In this document: piece after piece, positions 50,195 to 59,098 of the stretch
Layout of the letters: each line of letters begins with the position of its first letter
Position numbering within the stretch: the first letter of the stretch is position 1
From: Candidatus Bathyarchaeia archaeon
GTDB taxonomy: Archaea; Thermoproteota; Bathyarchaeia; 40CM-2-53-6
Assembly (NCBI GenBank): GCA_049517415.1
Contig: JBEKSC010000004.1
Coordinates: 32,001 to 96,000 of the forward strand
Length of the DNA: 64,000 bases
Direction: 5' to 3'
Notes under the pieces: generated by a model
The model's input: the letters and a program-made list of their open reading frames with translations, nothing else
Database searches by the model: none
What the model was told of the DNA's origin: nothing
Program-made: the position numbers and the translations under genes

Positions 50195-50826
50195 TTAGGC
50201 TAACGTGATCTGCACAGTAGCGATCCAGGAAGCTGCGGCCTTCAACTTATGTATTGAAGGTTTCCGCTAACCTTAGTGCCCATCGCTTGCTGCGCACGGT
50301 CCAGCATCGTTCCGCCACCGGCAGCCGCGTTGAAGATACCGATTTCATTCCACGCATAGTCGGCGACGGCGCTGGCAAAGGTTGCCTGCCAAGTCGCCAG
50401 CTGCGAAGATCCGAAAGTCGGGTATCCTCCATTCATGGCTGCGTATGCTTTGTTCGTGCTGGCTTGAAGTGCGACCTGTGTTGCTACTGCCGCGCTTGTG
50501 CTATCACCCACACCGATGTACGCGTTGACATTGTTGAATAGAGTTGCACCCGTCCCGGCTACTAGAGTCCAAAGTATGTTGATTCCAGCGTTCAGAAGGC
50601 AGTTGCCGCGGAATCGTTTGATGGCCAGTAATGTGTCGAACTGTCGCATGATCTCGTCTAGCCCTACGCCGTCTATGGCTGCGCGAGCCACACGGTCCTT
50701 GGGGTCCCTGAATTTGTGGATCGTGAACTGCGAATAGTGCTGGGCGTAGTCGTGTGCGCCGTATCGTTGGGCGACGCGGATGGCGGCTCTTGCAATAGCC
50801 CGATCTACTAGGTTCTGGCCTGTCAA
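50195..50826 (-). CDS. Tail fibre/baseplate-associated protein; 200 aa if the 29-nt intron 50233..50261 is spliced
   Basis: NCLLNAGI, YIGVGD, ATF..A.YAWNEIGIFN, MLDR..GTK; spliced end GTKVSGTSWIATVQITLA*. Confidence 0.7.
50233..50261 (-). other. Candidate 29-nt BHB-type archaeal intron
   Basis: GCGG/CCGC 4-bp helix, bulges AAA and AGC, stem CCUUCAA/UUGAAGG; canonical cuts restore the frame. Confidence 0.75.
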
Positions 50827-51008
50827 GTTCCCCCACCCTCCACATAGCGAGCGAGTTCTGCGATCACTGCGTTAGCGCTCATCATTAGGGCAGCAGAAAC
50901 AGGGCCCAGTTTCAGTGTGCCGTCTTGACTTGTCAGTATCAAGTTGCCGTTGACGTCCGACTGGAGAGTCCAATCGGCGTTCTGGACTGCGAAATTAAAA
51001 TAGCTCAT
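50823..51008 (-). CDS. Small hypothetical virion-associated protein
   Basis: 61 aa, GGAGG upstream, overlaps the next start. Confidence 0.6.
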   Translation of the reverse strand: MSYFNFAVQNADWTLQSDVNGNLILTSQDGTLKLGPVSAALMMSANAVIAELARYVEGGGT

Positions 51009-51084
51009 AGAAATTTTTCCTCCACTTCCCTATCTACTTGTAAGGCGCTGCTGTTAGGAGGCGCCATCATTCAGTAACGAATGA

Positions 51085-53172
51085 TTATGCTGCCAGGGTG
51101 ATTCCGGCGCTGAGGTCGCTTAGCATTCGGCTTGAGGTTTCGTCAAGCTCCCACAGTTGAGGCATACGCCGGTTCAGGTCGATTGTGGCAATCGTCGGGT
51201 CACTTAGATCCCGCTGAATGCGAACCACGGTGTATAGGCCAGCTAACCCGAGGTCGGGAATGTTGACGGTAATCGAATCCTCAGGCCCGAAAGTGTCTGG
51301 AGGATTCGTGTCTCTCACAGTTATTTGGGCGATGAGTTCGGTGTTTTCGGAATCCGCGAGCATAGCCTGACAGGCTATGGCTAGGGTGGTTGCGTCGGTG
51401 ACGGTTTTCTGGAATGCCACCTGTTCAATTAAGCCGTATTTGTTGATGCTATCGCTGTCACTTTGAATGCTGACTATACCGTTTCCAACCAGGTACATTC
51501 GGTTGCCCATCGTGGAGAAATCTAGTTCACTCGTTGAGTCACCCACCGTATCGCCTTCATTGAAGGCAACGTTCGATGTGCCGCCTCCGAACTGCGAGGC
51601 GAAGTCAAGGGTCAAGTTCGGGTTGACTCGGTACGTCCAACCAATGAGGCCGCAAACCTGCTGGATCGCAGCGCGAAGCGTAACATCAGTGAAAAGTACG
51701 CTTGGTAACGTGATGCCCGTAGTGCCTAGCTGTCCCACCATTATGCCGCATTGGTAATTGGTTAGTAGGCTGTTGATGATGAACTCTGGGCTTGCCGCAA
51801 GAAACTCCGCTTCCTGAATTATTCGGGTGTCTAAGAGTTTGGAGGCGTCAGAACCTGAAAGAGTAATCTTGTACGAGCTGCCTATAGTTCGCTTAATATC
51901 CTCTAGGAGTCCAGCGTACTCTAAGACACCGTACCGATAGACCCGAACGATTCCCCGCGGCGTAAGCGTTGGATAATAACGCGGCAGGTCGAACGTGAAG
52001 GTTTCGATCTTCTGCTGATAGTTCTGCCCGTAATGACTTGTGCCACCGGTTCCACCCACATAGGAATACGGGCAGCCCTCAACGTATAGTTGGAAAGGCT
52101 GCGTTTCATCCGGTCCCTCAGCATCGTAGAATACGTGAACGTTGACGAAGCCGGTTGCAGCGCCCACGGTAGCGTCGCCCGTCCAAGTTGCTTGAACCAC
52201 AGCGAGGCCCGGGGTGGTCGAGGTGAGGGATACGACCGCTAACCCAGCGGCGCTTGTGGTCGCACTTGCCGCGCTGAGTGTTCCGAGGGAGGTTGAGAAG
52301 TTAATTGTTTTACTAGGATACGGTAACTTGGTAGCTAAATTGATCAGCGTAGCCGTGATAACTGCAGTTGTCGGCTGGGCTTTGGATGGGGCGTTCTTCT
52401 GGTAAATCTGAAAATTATCCACGGTGAGACTCAACGTTTGAAGCGGTGTCCAATTCCAAACGTCGCCGCCACACATTGTTTGAGGCTGCGTCTGCTCAAC
52501 TAAAGTTGAACCATCGGCGGCGTAGACCATCGCGTATATTTGCGCGGGCAAAGCAGCCCAAACACTCGCAAGACTGATGACGACTGATGTGGCGTTACCA
52601 GCACAGGTGGCAGACCCGACTAAGCCACCGCCGGGTCCAGCCGTGTAGAGTGAAACTTTCTGACCGCCAGCTAACCCAGTTATAGTTACATTGTTAGACG
52701 AGTAGATCAGTAGGTCCTCGACAGCGATCTCTACGCTTTGGCCAGAAGTATCGGGGCTAAGGGCGAAAGCGTAACCGATCTGAATTTGTTGCGTACCACC
52801 CGGTAGAGTACCCTGTATGCCTGTCCAAGCTGCTTCACCAACGGTACCGAAACTGGTGCTTCCCACTTTAAGTGCGGCAACGTTCGACCTACCTGCAGCT
52901 GGCGGAATTGGCGTCTTGTAATTCAGCCGGAAAACTGCGCCGGTTCCGAGGTTGAAGGACTGATAGAAGTAAGCGTAGGCTTCGAAGCACGCGTAGAAAA
53001 GAGCCCACGCGTTGCCGTTGCTGAACGCCGTAGTCTCAAAGAAACCTGGGACGGTGCATGTTCCCAGACTATAATTATCGTTGGGCGTATCCCAAATGGT
53101 GGTTTTCCAATTACCGAGCGAACTTAAATCGCTACTGTAAATGATGCCCGAGGACCGCTGTGTGAGCGTCAA
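51085..53172 (-). CDS. Tail hub/Tal-like protein with N-terminal beta and Ig-like (Big_1-like) domains
   Basis: Follows the tape measure; FSTSLGTLS..ATT...G.A.V.LTS Ig motif; TLRAAIQQVC, N..YLVG, SINKYG, GPEDSITV hub-like motifs. Confidence 0.7.
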   Translation of the reverse strand: MTLTQRSSGIIYSSDLSSLGNWKTTIWDTPNDNYSLGTCTVPGFFETTAFSNGNAWALFYACFEAYAYFYQSFNLGTGAVFRLNYKTPIPPAAGRSNVAALKVGSTSFGTVGEAAWTGIQGTLPGGTQQIQIGYAFALSPDTSGQSVEIAVEDLLIYSSNNVTITGLAGGQKVSLYTAGPGGGLVGSATCAGNATSVVISLASVWAALPAQIYAMVYAADGSTLVEQTQPQTMCGGDVWNWTPLQTLSLTVDNFQIYQKNAPSKAQPTTAVITATLINLATKLPYPSKTINFSTSLGTLSAASATTSAAGLAVVSLTSTTPGLAVVQATWTGDATVGAATGFVNVHVFYDAEGPDETQPFQLYVEGCPYSYVGGTGGTSHYGQNYQQKIETFTFDLPRYYPTLTPRGIVRVYRYGVLEYAGLLEDIKRTIGSSYKITLSGSDASKLLDTRIIQEAEFLAASPEFIINSLLTNYQCGIMVGQLGTTGITLPSVLFTDVTLRAAIQQVCGLIGWTYRVNPNLTLDFASQFGGGTSNVAFNEGDTVGDSTSELDFSTMGNRMYLVGNGIVSIQSDSDSINKYGLIEQVAFQKTVTDATTLAIACQAMLADSENTELIAQITVRDTNPPDTFGPEDSITVNIPDLGLAGLYTVVRIQRDLSDPTIATIDLNRRMPQLWELDETSSRMLSDLSAGITLAA

Positions 53173-53173
53173 C

Positions 53174-55507
53174 TCATGTTACCGCCGTGTATTTGTAGCC
53201 TGAACCAAATTTTCTTTGCCGAATAATCTTCTGCTCAAGTATGCTTGCGACCGTTTGCCCATCCAACTGAACGACGGTTTGGTTCTGAAGTTGCATCGGG
53301 CCGGATCCTCCTTGGGAAGTTGGCGCTGCGGGTGGCGTTAGACCTGCGCCTATGGCTGCCTGTTGCGCCGGCGTTAGAACCTCCTCGCCGCCGTGAAGCA
53401 TGTAGATCCCCGTTGTGGGAACCATGCCGCCGAGTTGATAGCCTGGGCCTGTAAATTCTCCAAGTCCAGCCCCCGAAAGGCTCACGTTAATGCTGGTCAT
53501 AATCTCGCTGGGGATTTTGTCGAGCCAACTGATGACGTTTTGAATAACGCTGATCGCATCATCCGCAATCGTGGTGACAGTCGTTTCTATCATCGACGGA
53601 ATTGTAGAGATAACTGCGGTGACTTGGTCGAATCCAGTAACCGCATCCGAAACCACAGAACTAACAGTGATGTCCTTTGTGGACGGGATTGCCGCTAAAC
53701 CTGAGGTAACGGCGCCGAACGCTGCCTGCGCCCCACTTTGAATCTGCGACCATGTATTACTGAGAGCCGCAGCCACAGGCTGCACGGCCGTTGTTACTTT
53801 AGACCATAACGTTGAGCCAAGGTTAGTGTTGATTTGGTTTCCAATATTCAAAGTGGTAGTGGCCAGCGGCCCCATCCCGCTCGCTGCTGCGGTGGTCACG
53901 TCGTCCGTTCCAGTAGTCGTATCCTGGGTGGTCTTAGCCCAGAGGCCGTTCCACCAGTCGGTTAGATCTTGCCCCGCTGTCTGCGCGCCCTTCTGGATGC
54001 CCGTCGTGAAATTAGCCCAGTCCTGCTGGTACGTTTGAAGCCACCCGGGGGCGTTTTGTTCTTGGTTCGCGCCAGTGAAAATTTGGTCGGTCGGCGGGTT
54101 TAGGTTCTTTTGACTGAAAGCTTCGGGCGGTGGCGTTACATTCGTAAGTGTGGCCTGGTATGTCGGGGCGTTGGATTGAGGAATGACTTGGGCCGTCTGT
54201 GCAGTCGCGACGCCCATTGGTATGATGCCTACACTTTGAAGCCACTTCACATCGGTCATGATGGCGTTTAAGAAATCCATGCCCGTGATCGCGAGGTCGA
54301 GTGCTACTTCAATTGCGCCTTTAGCAACCTCAGAGACGAACCCCATGAGTTCAGTCAAGTCGCCAGAAGCCACGAACCCCGAGAAGACGCCCATGAATTT
54401 ACTCCACGTTGTCTGGACGCTTGGGTCGAGGGCTAGTGAAGTGATCCAGCTTGTGAATTTGGGCAGGTTGTCGTCAAGCCAACTGGTGAGGGATGTGAGT
54501 GTGGGGAGAAGCATGTCTCCAATTTGTATTTGGAGGTCGGCCCATTCGTTCGTGAGTTGCTGCTGCTTTCCCGCGTACGTGTCCAGCTGGGTTTGAGCTG
54601 CGCTCCCGAACTTATCGTTCAGCTGCGCCATAATGTCGTTGTAGTCTGACGCCTTAGCCGTTGCCCAGTCAAAGTTGATGCCCAGGGCGTGAGTTATGTC
54701 GTTCATCTGGGATGTGGTGATGGTGCCGGCTTTCCATGCGGTAACTAACTCGCCCGTAATCTGTGTCGCAGTCAGCTCTTTCCCGGTAGTAGTTGTGAGG
54801 CTGATTCCTGCCTGTTGAAGTATCTGTGTGAAGGGTTGTAGGGCGTTGACGCCGGCTTTCTGAATCGCAGCCGTTAAGTCGGCGGTTCCTTGTTTAAGAT
54901 CTGCGTTCGCCTTCGTCGTAGTCTGAATAATAATTCCGTACCGGGAGAGGGTGGTTGTGACACCGTCGAATGCTTTCCCGACAAGGTTCACGGCAGTGGT
55001 TAGGTCAAGATTCTTCGCGGCGGACAGGTTAGTTGCGACGGTCAGCGCTTGTTCCGCTTGCGTTGCGTTCATGCCGTAGGTTGCAAGAAGTTGCAGCCCC
55101 TGAACGGCAGCGGTTTGGCTGACGGTTGAAACCTGCTCTAAGCCCTGGACGAAGTTCTGGATCTGTGGTTGCTGCGCAGCCCAGGCGGCGCCGGTTAGGT
55201 GGAGGGATTGTTGAAGCATCGCCCACGCTGACTGTGAAGCTGCCGCAGCGGCTACGGCTTGTTGTATGCCTTGGACGACTTCGCCGATTCCAATAACCGC
55301 CGCGCCTGTCCATCCTGCAACCGCGAAGCCTTGCATCATCTGGCCGACTTGCGCGAAGCCTGGGCCGAGCTGCTGCAACTCCATACCCATTAGGCCCATT
55401 GAAGCGCTAATCTTCCCCATCACACTACTTGCTTCGTGACGGCGCCGTTTTTGTTACGGCTCTACCGCTTGGATGGCGAAGACTATACTTCCGATGTTTG
55501 TACTCAA
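53174..55507 (-). CDS. Tail tape measure protein; 769 aa from TTG 55507 if the 24-nt intron 55438..55461 is spliced
   Basis: Ala/Gln/Thr-rich helical; LSRYGI, KFGSAA..DTYAG, GG.VPTTGIYMLHGGEEVL; spliced start MSTNIGSIVFAIQAVDEASSVMGKI. Confidence 0.85.
55438..55461 (-). other. Candidate 24-nt BHB-type archaeal intron containing an in-frame UAA
   Basis: CGGU/GCCG helix, bulges AGA and UCA, stem GCCGU/ACGGC; splicing gives GCG GUA GAC GAA GCA (AVDEA). Confidence 0.75.
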
Positions 55508-55551
55508 ATCACGTTCACCTTCGTGGATGGTGTTTCTTAAAAATCGGAAGC
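55497..55551. repeat. Direct repeat of 57336..57390 (chaperone end / tape-measure start junction)
   Basis: 55 bp, 6 mismatches by hand alignment. Confidence 0.85.
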
Positions 55552-55849
55552 CAGGTTCGTTGCAGGGATGGTCCCATGTTGGCGCAAGCGCAAGAAGTCG
55601 AAAGGCTCCGCGAAGAAAACAGGGGACATAGAGAAATTTAATCGGCTAGAAAAAGTTGCCAATGAGATAATGATAAAGCAAGAGGAACGAATCAAGAAAC
55701 TAGAGACCGCATCAAGCCTCAAGGTCGAGCACCCAAGCCACGATAAGACGCCCGTATCCAAGGACAAGAAGCCTTAATCAAACTCTAGGGACGATAATTG
55801 GCTTTGTCGTCCTCCAATTCTGAAGACCCTATCCCGTTTTTCGCCATTC

Positions 55850-56364
55850 TCATGTGTTTATGGGAAGCTTGAAGTACATGAATGGCTCGCGCCGACCTTT
55901 CGGTTGATTTTCAGCCAGTTTGAATCCGCAATGTTCGTAGAAAGGAATAGACGCTATCTTTGCATTTAGTATCACAAATTGACATGCAACTTCCTCACGT
56001 ACTTTGGCAGCTGTGGCGATGGCATAGAGGCAGAGTATTCGGCCGACTCCCTTGCCTTGAAATTGCAGTTCAGTAGCAAGTCGTCCAATCATCAATGACG
56101 GATAGTATCGGTACGGCGTGTGCAACGGGCGGTGTTTTTCGTCAATGCTACTGACTTCGATGCTGCTCATACAAGACTCAAGAAGCCTGCAATTTGCGTG
56201 TTGAACAAGGCCAGATAAATGACAGCCGCGTGCTGAAGTTGCTGGTCTTTGGCTTGGTATCTTATGTAGTCATTAAGGTCTGAATTGCCGCAGTCAAAGA
56301 ACCCTGTGTCGTCAGCTATGCTTAGCTTGCGTAGGTTGATTTCTTCGACGGAAAAGATGGACAA
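55850..56364 (-). pseudogene. GNAT acetyltransferase toxin (AtaT/TacT-like), frameshifted near 56168
   Basis: FDCGNSDLNDY..IAGFLSL in one frame, YPSLMIGRLA..QGKGVG..FYEHCGF in the next; one base missing. Confidence 0.8.
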
Positions 56365-56373
56365 GAAAATAAG

Positions 56374-56502
56374 TTACTTCGGGAAGCGTTTCAAAGCCTC
56401 TTCGACTAATCTCTTCTGCGCTTCTGTCGGAGGCTCCGCTGCGTCTTTCAAGAACGCCTCTGCTTCCTTCCCCTTCAAGGTTGGGGGTGGATTTGGTAGC
56501 AT
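56374..56502 (-). CDS. 42-aa putative antitoxin of the GNAT toxin
   Basis: My translation MLPNPPPTLKGKEAEAFLKDAAEPPTEAQKRLVEEALKRFPK; directly upstream of the GNAT. Confidence 0.65.
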   Translation of the reverse strand: MLPNPPPTLKGKEAEAFLKDAAEPPTEAQKRLVEEALKRFPK

Positions 56503-56598
56503 TTTCGTATCCTCCGTTGTCCATTATATCATCATGATGACGATGCCATATAAGTCGTATGCTTGGAAATTAGAACCCTCTCGAACTTCGCTAAGCTG

Positions 56599-56816
56599 TC
56601 AAGTCGTAGTGGCAGCAGTCGTAGTGATAGTTACAGTGACAGACCTCGTCGCAGTGTTAGTAACCGTAGCAGACTGCGTGTAAGTCACACTCCTAGTTGA
56701 AAGGGTCTTAGTGGAGGTAACACTCACAGTGCTCGAGGTAACCGAATTGCTGGTCTGAGTGGCGCTCATGGTCCGAGTGTTAGTTACGGTCGCAGTACTA
56801 GTAACTGTGGCACTCT
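56599..56816 (-). pseudogene. Orphan Thr-rich surface-protein fragment
   Basis: SATVTSTATVTNTRT...TQSATVTNTATRSVTVTITTTAATTT* with no start codon. Confidence 0.65.
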
Positions 56817-56930
56817 TTCCAAAAGTACGTGCACAAGAGGAAGTTGAATGTAACGCTTAGTTCCATCCTTCTGGGTGAAAAGGTAGCTGAGATACTTGCA
56901 GACAATCTTGGTTCCCGCAGCTTGAGACAT
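56817..56930 (-). pseudogene. Truncated N-terminus of a putative retropepsin-like partner of the upstream gene
   Basis: MSQAAGTKIVCKYLSY..YIQLPLVHVLLE broken by the Thr fragment before any DxG motif; position after a DUF5678-like gene. Confidence 0.4.
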
Positions 56931-56952
56931 GGGAAGCCCAAGAAAGCTACCA

Positions 56953-57168
56953 CTACATGACCATTACAGGATCTGACGGAACTTTCATCACGAATGGGAT
57001 CTTGTCTGGGTACTGGTGCTTGGCCTTTATGAAGACCTCTTTCGCGGAATTGCCTTCAGCGATGATCTTGTCGTCCACAACAGCAATCCAGCAATTCACA
57101 TAGTCCCCTAGCTTATCTCCAATTGACATTACGTACTCTAGTTCTCCTTTCATGGGGAATTTCCTCAA
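56953..57168 (-). CDS. DUF5678-like small protein
   Basis: YVNCWIAVVDDKIIAEG.SAKEV..AK..P..KVP. Confidence 0.75.
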   Translation of the reverse strand: MRKFPMKGELEYVMSIGDKLGDYVNCWIAVVDDKIIAEGNSAKEVFIKAKHQYPDKIPFVMKVPSDPVMVM

Positions 57169-57335
57169 GAGAGAGATGACCGGTGGTCATCACTCTATAT
57201 TTATGTGTAGTCACCAAGGCACACTCTCAATGCATCCCACTTCGATCTGAACTCTAGCTTCAGAGCCCTGCACTCCTCAGCGTGCGATTCACTTAATCCA
57301 AAATCAGGGGACTGTACCAACCCCTCGCGGGAATT

Positions 57336-57390
57336 TTTGTACTCAAATCATTTTCACCTTCGTGGATGCTGTTTTTTAAAAATGAGAAGC
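57336..57390. repeat. Direct repeat of 55497..55551
   Basis: Hand alignment. Confidence 0.85.
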
Positions 57391-57889
57391 AGCCACTCTT
57401 GTTGTAAACGAGTGGGTTCCTCCATTCGTTCGGTTAACTTGTAACCGAACTCTGAGACTAGGACTTCGAGAGGGGCCGAGTAGACGGATCCTTCAGCGAA
57501 TGAACTCAGTTTGGCTTTGAGGCTTTTGGGCCCGCGGACAATCCGGATAGCTCAAACGAACGCAGAATAAGTTTCAAGCTTTCCATGGGCATCAAGGCTT
57601 TGGCCACGTCTGGCGCGCCTGTGGCGATGGCTGCGCCTTTCTGTAGAAACGCCAAGTTCGACGCCAACTTATCCTTGTTGCCGATATCCTTCAAGTCCAC
57701 GTTTGTTGACTGTAGGAGCTCTGCCAGGTCCGCGTCGCTCATTGGTGAGACCTCGAACTTGTGCAGTTCATTGTCGACGCCCTTGACCTCGACGGCTTCA
57801 TGGTACTTGGTGCCCTTCGTGATGAGTTCGGCTAGTTTCTGGTTCGCCGCTCTGGCTTCCAAGATTGCCTCTCGTTTTTCTTGACTCAA
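57354..57889 (-). CDS. Tail assembly chaperone (G 57506..57889; GT extension to 57354 via -1 frameshift)
   Basis: Position between tail tube and tape measure; C CCA AAA at 57524..57530; open -1 frame of 59 codons including the stop. Confidence 0.7.
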
Positions 57890-57985
57890 ATCTTTTCACG
57901 CTCCTCGTTTTCTTCCCGTGAGCTTCCGCCTTTGTAGCTTGATCGCGGAAGTGTCACCTTGAGGATTCAATGCACTTGCGTGGCA
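57804..57985. repeat. Direct repeat of 58884..59071 (partial third copy near 59686..59720)
   Basis: tacttggtgcccttcgtgatgagttcg...cacttgcgtggca present twice. Confidence 0.88.
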
Positions 57986-58021
57986 GGCAGGAGGTAGACG
58001 CCAAGGTAGGATGATAAGTAT

Positions 58022-58044
58022 TTATTGATAACAGTTATCAATAA
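58022..58044. promoter_or_regulatory. Perfect palindrome, probable TA autoregulation operator
   Basis: TTATTGATAAC-A-GTTATCAATAA just upstream of the antitoxin start. Confidence 0.7.
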
Positions 58045-58060
58045 TTAATATGGTGGGGGC

Positions 58061-58381
58061 ATGCCTTCAAGTTACAATCTGCCGGAGCTCGTCAAGAAGG
58101 AAATAAGTGCGTTGGTCAAGGCTGGATACTACTCAAGCAAGTCCGATGTCGTAAAGGACGCCCTCAGAACCTTTCTCTCTTCGAAGCGAAGCCTGAGACT
58201 AGCAGCCGCAGCAGAGTTGTATAAGGACGGCGAAGTCACGTTGGGCAAAGCCGCCGAGATTGCGGAGGTTGGGGTAGTTGAGTTCAAGGAAATGTTGGCA
58301 AATCTCGGTCATAAGAGGATGATCTCCGTAAACAGGAGCGATGTCAGAAGGGCTGACGAAATTATGAAAAAGATGAGATAA
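58061..58381 (+). CDS. RHH/CopG + UPF0175-like antitoxin
   Basis: LVKAGYYSSKSDVVKDALR; LYKDGEVTLGKAAEIA. Confidence 0.82.
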   Translation: MPSSYNLPELVKKEISALVKAGYYSSKSDVVKDALRTFLSSKRSLRLAAAAELYKDGEVTLGKAAEIAEVGVVEFKEMLANLGHKRMISVNRSDVRRADEIMKKMR

Positions 58382-58863
58382 TGGACGTTGTCGTCGACAC
58401 AGACATTCTCTCCACATTTGCCAAGGTCAACAAGCTGAAACTGCTCGTCAGACTTTTCCCAAAATCGCGAATCTTGGTCTGCCCAAGTGTTAATCTGGAA
58501 ATTAAGAAAGGAGCAGAATTGGGGCTTCTGAGATACTCGCATCCTCCCGATTTCATTTCAGTCAAGTTGGGCATGCGTGAAAAGGCGGCAGCCGGAGAAG
58601 TCAGAGAAGCTCTGAACTTGGGGTTAGGAGATGCTGAATGTTTGGCAGTCGCTCGAAATAGGAATTGCTTACTTCTCACCAACGACAGGAAAGCGGAGAG
58701 GGCTGCGGGTTCGCTTTCCATCCATTATCTCAATCTCCCGTTGCTGTTGAGAGAACTCTGGAGGAGCCACGTTATGACTAAATCGAGGGTGGCCAAACTT
58801 ATCGACGAAATCGAGAGAAAGGATAACGTCGTGATCAAGAATCGAGAATTTGTTTTCAAATGA
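58381..58863 (+). CDS. PIN-domain protein (DUF3368-like)
   Basis: VVDTDILS, LGLGDAECL, LLTND. Confidence 0.82.
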   Translation: MDVVVDTDILSTFAKVNKLKLLVRLFPKSRILVCPSVNLEIKKGAELGLLRYSHPPDFISVKLGMREKAAAGEVREALNLGLGDAECLAVARNRNCLLLTNDRKAERAAGSLSIHYLNLPLLLRELWRSHVMTKSRVAKLIDEIERKDNVVIKNREFVFK

Positions 58864-58883
58864 ACCCCAAATCACAAGAACGA

Positions 58884-59071
58884 TACTTGGTGCCCTTCGT
58901 GATGAGTTCGCCGAGTTTCTGGTTGGCCGCTCTGGCTTCCAAGATTGCTTCACGCTTTTCTTGACTCAAATCTTTTCACACTCCTTCTGTCTTCTGCCTA
59001 TGAACTTCCGCCATTGTAGTTCAGTGATTGGGCAAGTGTAACCTTGCAGGATCCGGTCCACTTGCGTGGCA
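58884..59071. repeat. Direct repeat of 57804..57985; truncated chaperone 5' copy
   Basis: Encodes MSQEKREAILEARAANQKLGELITKGTKY, then diverges. Confidence 0.85.
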
Positions 59072-59098
59072 ATTGCTACCTAGAAGCAGCCGAACAAA

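Noticed and set aside
51066..51087. Hairpin over the hub gene stop as a further BHB intron
   Set aside because: Central 4-bp helix has two mismatches in either register, and the protein looks complete
52612..52638. 9-bp hairpin inside the hub gene
   Set aside because: No flanking 4-bp helix/bulge geometry; ORF uninterrupted
55568..55777. 69-aa Lys-rich plus-strand ORF
   Set aside because: No recognisable motif or promoter; may be a gene remnant, not supportable
57306..57330. Hairpin after the dead tape-measure start copy
   Set aside because: No BHB geometry and no downstream exon
55497..59071. Imperfect repeat pairs as DGR template/variable regions
   Set aside because: No reverse transcriptase, mismatches not adenine-specific, and the repeats span gene junctions
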